64,000 nt of DNA from Isurus oxyrinchus (taxonomy: Eukaryota), in assembly GCA_026770705.1 (NCBI GenBank), contig JANJGN010000005.1, positions 159,340,001 to 159,404,000 of the forward strand, read 5' to 3'. A program made the position numbers and the translations under genes. Each line of letters starts with the position of its first letter. Within the stretch, counting starts at the first letter, position 1. Below are positions 49,714 through 60,312 of this stretch, piece by piece. The notes under the pieces were generated by a model. That model worked only from the letters and a program-made list of their open reading frames with translations. It did not search any database and was not told the DNA's origin.

Positions 49714-50871
49714 TGTCACGACTCACAGGGGATTGCGCACTGTAATATCAAGCCCCATTGTTCCCCAAGGGGTGACAAATGTGAAGTTTGACCAAACCAC
49801 CAGATTGCCCCAATTCTACCTGTTTAATTTAGGTTAACAGAATACGAGCACCAAGTTCGTAAATTTAATAAGTAAATAACTGCTTATTGGACAAATTATC
49901 TTTAAGTAATGGCAAAAGAAAGAAATATGAACTGCTAATGTCTACACTACAACTTAAACTCTACCCCCTTTTTCAATCCCTATACACTCTCTCTCTCTCT
50001 TTCTCTCTCTCACACACATACACACAAGATATACAAAACCTGGATTTTAAGAGTGGGATAAAACAGTTTAATAGCATCAATCCGGGGTACAGGATTTGAT
50101 GGGTTGATTTTGATCGATGTCTTCGAAATTCCAGAAAGTCCTGGACGAAGGGAGCTGCCTGATAACAGCATTTTAATTGGCTCTTGATCAGGTGACCAAG
50201 ATTTTGTGTGAAGAGCAGGGCAGCACAAAGCTCTTGGCCTGCAAAGAGAAAACACCTAAAATCTCTATTTCTCATATCTCTATAACCTGCTCTTTCTCTG
50301 AGGAAACCCCTGTAAAGAGGCCAATGGAAAAACCACTGTTAGAGACATTGAAAAGCAAGATCTCAACCAGTGAACTAAATACTGAAAATGCTGGAAGACC
50401 ACCTTGTGTCATCAACAAGAACTGAAAGGAATTTGTCTTATCCTGTCTTTCATGGCACACTCTGTTCCAGAGCTGCAACATATATATCTCTCATCCTGTT
50501 CCAGTGGACATGCCTTTCAACCTGCATCCATTGTAATTTCAATTCCCAGTCCAACAGAAAATAAAAATATATGTTCTTTACAACAGTCCAACAGAAAGAA
50601 AAAGAGATAAAAACAAAAAAACTGCGGATGCTGGAAATCCAAAACAAAAACGGAAACAGAATTACCTGGAAAAACTCAGCAGGTCTGGCAGCATCGGCGG
50701 AGAAGAAAAGAGTTGATGTTTCGAGTCCTCATGACCCTTCAACAGAACTAGTCATGAGGACTCGAAACGTCAACTCTTTTCTTCTCCGCCGATGCTGCCA
50801 GACCTGCTGAGTTTTTCCAGGTAATTCTGTTTCTGTTTTTGTTTGAGAAAGAAAAAGATATGTTCCTTACA
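49714..50871 (-). repeat. 3' LTR (contains a mini-Penelope insertion and an inverted segment)
   Basis: tgtcacg...tgttccttaca, homologous to 58881-59767. Confidence 0.9.
50606..50845. mobile_element. non-coding fold-back mini-Penelope element inserted in the LTR
   Basis: 13-bp TSD agaaagaaaaaga at 50593-50605 and 50846-50858; the other LTR shows the empty site near 59745-59760. Confidence 0.9.
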
Positions 50872-51040
50872 TGCCTCCACCTTTAAAAGAGATGATAAGC
50901 TATTTCAAAAATGTGTTTCATCACAAGGTATGTGACACGTGGACTACAAAACACGAGACTACTTTCATTCACCCTTCCTCCCCCCTATGCAATCTTATAC
51001 AATCTTCAGCATTTCTTACTCCTTTAACTTCTTTAGTATT

Positions 51041-51590
51041 TTACACTTGGGCCAATGCATTCATGATCACATTATCTTTGCCAGCAATATGAGCAATCTT
51101 TACATTGAATAATTGAAACAATAGACTCCATCTAAATAGTCTCACATTTCGAATTTTAAACTTTTCAATGAAAACCAGCAGATTATGGTCAATGTCGATT
51201 AGTGTTGCTTTGTTATTTTTGTTGGACATAAACTTCAAAGTGTTGAAGAGACAGCAACAATGCTAGAGTTTATTTTTCTACTGTAGAGTACTTCCTCTGA
51301 TATTAATTTAGTTTCTTGGAAAAGTACCCCACTGGCTTCTCTATCCTTAATTTATCGCCTTGTAATAGGACTGCACCTACCCCCAAGTCGCTAGCATCAG
51401 TTGCCATTTTAAAAGATTTGGTAAAGTCAGGGGGGCCATCACTGGTTCATTTATTAAGATTGCTTTCGCCTTTTCAAAGGCTGCTTGGCATTCTGCTGAC
51501 CATAGCACTTTTGCCTGTTTTCTTAACGAATTGGTGAGAGGTACAGCTATTGTGCTGAAGTTAGGCACAAACTTCCTAAGTAACCTTATT
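51041..51590 (-). pseudogene. RT thumb/connection and RNase H remnant of the Gmr1 element
   Basis: RKFVPNFSTIAVPLT...WSAECQAAFEKAK; DHNLLVF...RLFRWSLLFQLFNVKIAHIAGKDNV. Confidence 0.85.
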
Positions 51591-51699
51591 AGATCTTCCC
51601 ATGGTCTTTCCTTAAACATGAGAACACAGTGTTTAACTGTCCCAGTATTGTACTGGCTTAGTCGAATTGTAGGAGGTTCTCTTTCTCCTTCTATCTACT

Positions 51700-52900
51700 T
51701 CTCCTTCTATCTTGCCCTTACTGCCTCTGTCATCCTCTACTACTCCTAACACCTGGCATACTTGCTCTGTCTTATTACTTTCTCTGCGATTATATTGCTT
51801 CAACATGTTTATGTGACATAATTGTTTCTTCTTCCTGCGCTCAGGAGTATCTATCAGATAAGTCACTTTACTAACTATCCTAACTAACTTGTAGAGGCCA
51901 CTGAATTTTGCTTTCAGAGGTTCACCCAGCAAAGGCAACAAAACCAATACTTCATCTCTTGCTTGGAACGTCTTATTTGTAGCATGTTTGTCTTGGGAAA
52001 TTTTTAAGTGTCCTCATACTACATTACATACTTCTGAGAGTCTTTCTTGAAACATAGGGGATTTGTCTTTCTGCTTTAGGTACTTTTCCTTAATCATTTT
52101 TAATGGACCTCTTATTTCATGACCATAGATCAATTTGAATGGACCAAATCCAGTAGATTCATTCGGAGATTCTCTGGTAGCAAATAGTAAGAAATCAGAT
52201 CCTTTGTCCCAATCCTTTGGGTTATTCTTGGCAATAGGTCTTAATCATGGTTTTGAGTCTGATGGTGTCTCTCTAAAGCTCCCTGTGTCTGTGGTGATAG
52301 GCAGTAGACATTATTTGTTTGATATCCAAATTACTGATTATGGCCGGGAAAATTTTAGACATGAAGTTAGAACCTTGGTCAGATTGTATTTCAATTGGTA
52401 GGCCATAACGAGTGAAAAACTGACTTAGCTTTTCCACTACCACATTAACTGTAATTATCTTTAAAAGAATAGCTTCTGGAAATTGGGTTGTCATATTCAT
52501 GGTTGTAAGGATATATTGATGTCCTGCTTTCGTTTTGGGTAATGGTTCTACACAATCTACTAACACCCGACTGGTTCTTCAAAAACTGGCATGGGTATTA
52601 AAAGTACTGGTTTGATTACATGTTGAGGCTCACCTACTACCTGACATGGTTTACAAAATTGCACTATGTCTTTATATAGTCTTGGCCAGGTAAAATGTCT
52701 GTTTATCAATGCTTGGAATTTCTGTATACCTACATATCCTGCAATAGGGATTTCATGTGCTACACGCAATATCTCCTTACGATATTTGGGTGGTACCACT
52801 ATCTGATGAACAACCATCCATTCCTCATCCGCAGGTCTGTGGGGGTGTCTCCACTTCCTCATCAGAACTCTGTTTTTAAGGTAACACCGGAACTCCTTCT
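51700..52900 (-). pseudogene. integrase remnant (zinc finger, DDE core, GPY/F)
   Basis: AHEIPIAG...CKPCQ; VDCVEPLPKT...IQSDQGSNFMS; KFSGLYK...HINMLKQY. Confidence 0.88.
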
Positions 52901-55497
52901 GCCTCAGCTTCAGTGCGAGCTGACTGTGCTAACTTGTTTAACTTTGGATCTGCTTTCTGAGCCTCAATTAATGAAAACATGCCAAACACTTCCTTTGAAT
53001 TATCCTCATCCGTAAAGAAAGTTTCGGCTACTCTAACATTTGATCGTGGTATTACTTTGATTTCTGGTGATGGACTTTGTTTAGCTCTGGTCACCACACA
53101 TGATGGAAAAATACCAGGAAACAACTTCTTGTAACAGCTTGGCCTCTTCAGCCTCTTTTGGACTTTTCCTTATGATGGGCAAAGTTATCACTGCTGCCAA
53201 ATCATTCCCCAAGAATAAATCAACTTGATCCAAGGGTAATTTCTTAACCACTCCTACAAACACCGATCCAGATGACAAATCGCACTCCAATTGCACTTTG
53301 TACATTGGAACTAGGATATGCTCTCCCATTTACTTATCCTGTTTACCAATATTTTAGCTTTCATTGAACTCTCTGGAGGGAAAACTAGGCCCTTCTCCAG
53401 CAAAAGAGTTTGAGCTGTGTCCCTTAATATAGTTATGGGTTTGGCTGCATCATTTGATGAAAAAGAGGTTACCTTTTCTTTGGACAAAAACCCTTTATAT
53501 CTCTCAATTACCTTATTCACTTCACTTGCATTCACAGCAGTGTTTACCTCTAGAACCTTATTTGTAGTTAAAGCTACAAGTTGATCTGTGGCATTTTCTT
53601 TTTAAGTTCCCTTTCCTGACTCACTCTTATGAACTCCAATAAGTCCCATGGGCTTCCCTTGCAACTTCCAGCATTCTGAACAAGTATGTCCCACTTTATT
53701 ACAATGGAAACATTTGGGCCTTTGGGTTTCACCTCTACCATCAGTACCTTCCTTCCTGGTCTGGAGAGGAATTCTCAAGGCCTTCCCAGCTATCCATTCT
53801 TTACCCTGGCTTCTTGCCCTCATTTCACTCTCCCACTTTCTATACTTTTCAAATGTACGAGGGCGATGGAAAAATGTTTTAGTTTCATGGATGAGCTCAT
53901 AATCATCAGCCGTTACTGCTGCCTGTCTAACAGTTATAACCCTTTGGTCTTCAACATGGGTTCTTATTACAGAAGATGGGGAGTTTTTAAATTCTTCCAA
54001 GAAAATGGTCTCTCTCAGAACTTCATAGGTTGTTTTAACTCTTAATTCTCATATCCATCTGTCAAAGCTACTTTGCTTAATTCTTTCAAACTTAATGTAA
54101 GTTGCCCAGGCTGTTTCCTTAAATTTTGAAACTTTTGTCTGTATGCTTCAGGTACCAATTCATATGTACTCAAAATAGCTTTTTACGCCACATCATAATC
54201 CCTAGAAACCTCCTCTGACAGTGAAGCATAAATTTCCTGGGCTCTACCTGTCAATTTGCTCTGCATGGGTAATGTTTAGATTTCCTTTGACCAGTTCATC
54301 TGTTTAGCTATCTTCTCAACTGAAATAAAGAATGCTTCAACATCCCTTTTCACAAACTTCAGAAGAGCCTGCACAAATTTAAACATCTCCCCACTGGGTT
54401 CTGATCTTGAAATAAGTCTCACCCCACCCACTGGTGTCTCTTTTTTAACTGCCGGCATTCTAAGCTGGAATTCTCTGTCTCTGTCTCTGTCTCCCTTTCT
54501 CTTTCCTCCTTTTCTAACCTTGCTATTTCTAATTCCCTTTCTTGTTTTCTTTCTCTCTCCTGCCTTTCTGTCTGTTCCCTTTGAAATGATCTTTCTTTTT
54601 CTGCTGCCTCTAGTTCCAATTTTTTAATTTGCAACTGAATTAACATAGTGCGAAAGGAGGTACTAGCGGGTTTAGCGGCCTTAAAAGTGGATAAATATGC
54701 AGGCCCGGATGAGGTGTATCCCAGACAGTTGAGGGAGGCAAGGGAAGTGATATCGGGGCCCTGGTAGTTATTTTCAAATTCTCTCTGGCCACAGGTGAGT
54801 TGGCAGAGGACTACTAACATTGTCCCATTATTAAAAATGGGAGCGAGGGATAGACCAGGAAATTACAGGCCGGTCAGTCTAACCTCAGTGGTGGGGAAGC
54901 TACTAAAAAGAATTCTGAGGGACAGAATACATCTGCACTTGGAGAGATATGGATTAATCAGGGATTGCCAGCATGGATTTGTTAAGCGAACGTCGTATTT
55001 GACAAATTTGAATTTTTTGAGGAGGTAACCAGGAATGTCGGCGAGGGTAATGCGTTTGATATAGTCTACATGGACTTTAGCAGGGCTTTTGATAAAGTCC
55101 GTCATGGCAGGCTGGTCAAGAAACTAAAAGCCCATGGGATCCAAGGCAAAGTGGCATGTTGGATCCAAAATTGACTGAGAGGCAGGAAGCAGAGGGTGAT
55201 CGTAGAGGGATGTTTCTGTGACTGGAAGTCTGTTTCCAGTGGGGTTCCACAGGGCTCGGTGCTGGGACCCTTGCTGTTTGTGGTGTATATAAATGATTCG
55301 GACTTAAATGTAGGGGATATGATCAAGAAGTTTGCGGATGACACGAAAATTGGTAGGGTAGTAAGTAGTGTGCAGGATAGCTGTAAACTGCAGGAAGGAT
55401 ATCAATGGACTGGTCAGGTGGGCAGAACATTAGCAAATGGAATTCAAGCTGGAAAAATGTGAGGTAATGCACTTGGGAGGGCTAACAAGGCAAGGGA

Positions 55498-57260
55498 TTG
55501 TTGGCCCCTTAGAGGACAAGACTAGGGAGTTAATAGTGGGGAATGCAGAAATGACAGAGATGCTTAATCAATATTTTGCCTCAGTTATCACAGTGGAGGA
55601 CACTAGTACCACCCCAATAGTAACAGTGCAGAGGGTACAGAGAAGGAGAAACTTAGGACAATCACCATCACTACAAAAAAAAAGTACTGAGCAAACTATT
55701 GGGATTAAAGGGTGACAAGTCCCCAGAACCTGATGGCCTACATCCTAGGGTCTTAAAGGAAGTGGCAGCAGAGATAGTGGATGCATTGCCTATAATATTC
55801 CAAAATTCCCTGAATTCTGGAAAGGTTCCAGTGGATGGAAAAATGCTAATATTCAAAAAGTGGGGAGGCAGAAGGTAGGAAACTATAGAGCAGTTGGTTA
55901 ACGTCCGTCATTGGGAAATTGTTGGAATCCATTATGAAGGAAGTAGTAATGGGACATTTGGAAAGTCAAATTGCAAACCATCAGAGTCAGCATAGTTTTA
56001 TGAAGAGTAAATCATGTTTGACTAAGTTGCTAGAGTTTTTTGAAGATGTGACAAGCAAAGTGGATAATGGGGATCCTGTAGATGTATATCTGGACTTCCA
56101 GAAGGCCTTTGACAAGGCACCACACAAAAGATTAATACACAAGATAAGATCACACAGAGTTAGGGGTAATATATTAGCTTGGATAGAGGATTGGCAGAGA
56201 GTGGGGATAAATGGTTCTTTTTCTGGATGGCAAGCTGTAACTAGTGGGGTGTCACAGGGTTCGGTCCTTGGGCCCCAACTATTTACGATCTATATTAATG
56301 ACTTGGACTCAGGTAGAAGGTACTATAGCTAAATTTGCAGATGACACCCGAATAGGTGGGAAAGTAAGTTGCAAGGAAGAAATAAGAAATTTACAAATAG
56401 ATATGGACAGGTTAGGTGAATGGGCCAAAATTTGGCAGATGGAGTTTAACGTGGATAAGTGTGAGGTTATCCATTTTGGTCAGAAGAATAAAAAGGTGAC
56501 TTATTATTTAAATGGAGAGAAACTTCAGAATGCTTCAGTGCAGAGGAATCTGGGTGTCCTCGTGCATGAATCGCTGAAAGCTAGTATGCAGGTACAGCAG
56601 GTAATAAGGAAGGCAAATGGAATTTTGGCATTTATTGCAAAAGGAATAGAGTATAAAAATAGGGAAGTATTGCTGCAACTGTACAAGGCATTGGTGAGAC
56701 TGCACCTGGAGTACAGTGCACAGTTTTGGTCCCCTTACTTGAGGAAGGATATAGTTGCACTGGAGGCACAGAGGAGGTACACTAGATTAATTCCAGAGAT
56801 GTGGGGCTTGACTTATGAGGAGAGATTGAACAATTTAGGCCTATACTCATGAGAGTTTAGAAGGATGAGAGGAGATCTAATTGAGGTATATAAGATACTA
56901 AAGGGGATAGACAAGAGTAGACGTGGAGTGGATGTTTCCCCTTCTGGGGCATTCTAGAATGAGAGGCCATAATTTTAGGCTAAGGGGTGGTAGATTTAAA
57001 TCGGAGATGAGGAGGAATTACTTTTCTCAAAGGGTCGTGAATCTGTGGAATTCACTACCTCAGAGTGCAGTGGTTACCAGGACGCTGAATAAATTCAAGG
57101 AGATAGACAGATTTTTAAATAGTATTGGTTGAAAGGTTATGGGGAGAGGGCGGGAAATTAGAATTGAGGCCAAAATGAGATCAGCCATGATCGTAATGAA
57201 TGGCGGGGCAGGCTCGAGGGGCTGAATTCCCTACTTCTGCTCCTAGTTCTTATGTTCTTA
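55498..57260 (+). mobile_element. nested CR1 LINE with ttcttatg-type tail
   Basis: [38 protein letters not shown]; tail gttcttatgttctta. Confidence 0.85.
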
Positions 57261-57432
57261 TTACACTATGAATGGTAGGAGCCTGGAATGTACTGAAGAT
57301 CAGAGGAACCTTGGTGTGCATATCCACAGATCGCTGAAGGTAGCAGGGCAGAGAGTTAAGTTGGTTAAGAAGGCATATGGGATACTTGCCTTTATTAGCC
57401 GAGGCATCAAATACAAGAGCAGAGAGGTAATT

Positions 57433-57960
57433 ATCTGGTCGCCACATTACCAGGAGGACATGGAGGCATTGGAGAGGGTGCAGAGGAGGGTTACCAGGAT
57501 GCTCCCTGGTAATAACCTCATGAGGAGAGGTTGGAGAAACTTCGATTGTTGTCACTAGAACAACAGAGATTGAGGGGCGACTTGATTGAAGGTTACAAAA
57601 TTATGAGTGGCACGGACAGAGTAGATAGTCAGAAGCTTTTTCTCAGGGTGGCAGAGTCAATTACTAGGGGACATAGATTTAAGGTGAGAGGAGAAAACTT
57701 TAGAGGAGATGTGTGGGGCAAGTTTTTATGCAGAGGTTAGTGAGTGTCTGGAATTCGCTGCCAGAAGAGGAGGTGGAAGCAGGTATGAAAGTGGTGTTTA
57801 AGAGGCAGCTTGACAAATTCATGAATAGGATGGGAATAGAGGGATACGGACCCCGGAAGTGCAAAATGTTTTAGTTTGACAGGCAATATGGTCGGCGCAG
57901 GCTTGGAGGGCCGAAGGGCCTGTTCCAGTGCTGTACTTTTCTTTGTTCTTTTGTTCTTTG
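57433..57960 (+). mobile_element. nested CR1 3' fragment with ttctttg-type tail
   Basis: WSPHYQEDMEALERVQRR, TRGHRFKVRG; tail ttctttgttcttttgttctttg. Confidence 0.82.
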
Positions 57961-58856
57961 TTATGCTGGAACTATATAAAATGCTGGTTAGCCAATAACT
58001 GGAGTATTGCATGCGGTTCTGGCCGCCACATTATAGGAAGGATGTGATTGCAATGGAGAGGTGCAGAGGAGATTTACCAGGATGCTGCCTGGGCTGGAGG
58101 GCCTGAGCTATGAGAAAAGGTTGTTTTCCTTGGAGCAGCGAAGGTTGAGAGGGGACCTAATAGTGGTGTTTAAGATTATGAGGGGCATAGATAGGGTGGA
58201 TAGGAAGGCACTTTTTCCATTAGTAAAGGGGTCATTACCAGGGGGCATAGATTTAAGGTAAGAGATAGAAGGCTAAAAGGGGAGTTGAGGAGAATTTTTT
58301 TTATCCAGATGGTGGTGGGAGTCTGGAACTCACAGCTAGAAACGTTGGTTAAGTCAGAAACTCTCGTAACATTTAAGAAGTATTTAGATATTCACTTGCG
58401 TTGCTGTAGCCTCCAGGGCTATGGGCCAAGCGTTGGAAAATGGGATTAGTGTAGTTATATCTTTGTTGACTGGCATGGACATGTTAGGCTGAATGGCCTC
58501 CTGTGCTGTAAACACCTTTGAGTCTGTGAATTTGAGCTCATTACAATGAACCGCCCCTTGGAGAACTCGGTGTCTCAGGTATTCCTTTCGATTTCAAATG
58601 CTGTGCCATCACTTTGATTATCTCTGCCTTCCTAGCTTTCGCAGGCAATGCTACTCTTTATTTACTTGCCAATTCAATTCTCCTGGCCTTTGGGAACCCT
58701 TATAAAATCATCAGGAGCATCTCTTCCACTTACAGGAAAGCTTTAGCAGTTTCCAGTGCTATCTTATTTTTGATATTACAAACCTGGTGTTTCCTTTTAG
58801 CTTTTATTACTTACTAAATCTACACCCAATCCTTGTTGGTCTTTTGTTCCAAAATA

Positions 58857-58876
58857 TCCCAGACCTGAGCTCCCAA
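58857..58876 (-). promoter_or_regulatory. degenerate primer-binding site, tRNA-Pro-like
   Basis: TGGGAGCTCAGGTCTGGGAT just inside the 5' LTR resembles the tRNA-Pro PBS TGGGGGCTCGTCCGGGAT. Confidence 0.55.
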
Positions 58877-58880
58877 ACCT

Positions 58881-59767
58881 TGTCACGAATTCCTGGGGAT
58901 GGTGCACTGTAGTATCAAGCCCCATTGTTCCCTGAGCTGTGACAAACGTGAAAAGTTTAACCAAACCATCAAATTGTCCCAATTCTACCTAACTGTTTAA
59001 TTTAGGTTAACAGAATACGAGCACCAGGTTTATAACTTAATAAGTAAATAACTATTTATTACAAATTGTCTTTAGTGGCAAAAGAAAGAAATATGAACTG
59101 CTAACTTCAAACATCAAAACTTAAACTGTACCTCCTTCTTAAATCCCTACACACACACACATGATACACAAGATGCACAAAACATGGATAGTAAGGTTGG
59201 AATAAAACAGTTCAATAGCACCAAACCGGAGTACAGAATTTGATGGGTTGATTTTGATTGATGTCTGCCAAATTCTTTTCAGTTCTTGTTGATGACACAA
59301 GGTAGTCTTCCAGCACTTTCAGTATTTAGTTCACTGGTTGGGATTTTGCTTTTCAATGTCTCTAATAGTGGTTTTCCCCTTTCCCTCTTTACAGGGGTTT
59401 CCTCAGAGAGAGGGAGAAAGAGCAGGTTATAGAGACATGAGGAACAGAGATTTTAGATGTTTTCTCTTTGCAGGCCAGGAGCTTTCTGCTGCCCTGCTCT
59501 TCACACACAACATTGATCACCTGGTCAGCAGCCAATTAAAACACTCTTGCCAGGCAGCTCCCTTGGTGCAGGACTCTTTTCCAGCATCATCCTGTCTTAC
59601 ATGGCACACTCTGTTCAGGGGCTGCAACATTGTATATATATCTCATCCTTTTCCAGTGGACATGTGCTTCATGGAGGCCATTGTAATTTTAATTCCCAGT
59701 CCAACAGAAAATAAAAATATTGTTCTTTACAATAGTCCAACAGGAAGAAAAAAAGATGTTCCTTACA
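58881..59767 (-). repeat. 5' LTR
   Basis: tgtcacgaattcc...tgttccttaca, homologous to 49714-50871. Confidence 0.9.
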
Positions 59768-60019
59768 GCAGAGATACACTGCCTGAGTCCCTGCGTAGAT
59801 CCTTCTGAATTAATCCCAATGCCACCATTGTCAACCTGGGCTACATTGGGCTAGTTGCCCAGAAATTTACACTTTTTTTCCAGGATTAATCTTTAATCGC
59901 AGACATGGGATTTAGATGAGAAATGATTTATAGTAGAAGTTGTATTGGGAAGGCCTTTTTCTTCTAAAATTATTCTTAAAAATACACTTGCTGAACAATC
60001 CCATCTCCACCCATCCTCC

Positions 60020-60312
60020 ACACAAAACTGTGGAAACACAGAAATGTAATTGGTTCTGAGTAAGTGAAAGGGAGGAAGAAAGAACAAAAGGGAAGATCTG
60101 TAATAAGGTGGAGAGCAGACGAGATTAAATGGCAAAGGGAGTAGTAATAGGTAAAGTAAAGATACAAAAAGTATGTTCAGATGAGGTGCAAATGACTGTA
60201 TAGGATCCATGAGAAGTGAAGGAATAAAGAAAGAAATTAAATAAAAACTGCGCCAACCAAAAAAAGAACAAAATTGAAGCAGAAGTTATGATCTAAAATT
60301 GTTAAACTCAAT
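60020..60312 (-). mobile_element. older Penelope 3' remnant, target of element C (resumes at 63421-63432)
   Basis: Rejoined flanks atgatctaaaattgttaaactc(g)atgttgagttcaga encode the LNIEFNNFRS C-terminus on the - strand. Confidence 0.6.

Larger units (their letters stand above)
54642..58526 (+). mobile_element. CR1 LINE (outer; pieces 54642-55497, 57261-57432, 57961-58526)
   Basis: PGNYRPVSLTSVVGKLL, SGVPQGSVLGPLLF, FADDTK; the sequence resumes in register after each nested insert; tgaatt on both flanks. Confidence 0.85.
53081..58760 (-). pseudogene. gag (zinc knuckle) and protease remnants, interrupted by CR1s at 54642-58526
   Basis: DVEAFFISVEKIAKQMNW, EEFKN...ADDY, CFHCNKVGHTCSEC, ITILRDT, DLFLGNDLA. 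Confidence 0.85.
49714..59767 (-). mobile_element. Gmr1-type Ty3/gypsy LTR retrotransposon, decayed
   Basis: Two TG..CA LTRs; 4-bp TSD gcag at 49710-49713 and 59768-59771; tRNA-Pro-like PBS; PPT aaaggtggaggca; domain order gag-PR-IN-RH. Confidence 0.9.

Noticed and set aside
50606-50845. Palindromic inserts as DNA-transposon MITEs, miRNA genes or CRISPR repeats
   Set aside because: Arms match Penelope termini and have 13-bp TSDs; there is no spacer array or cas gene
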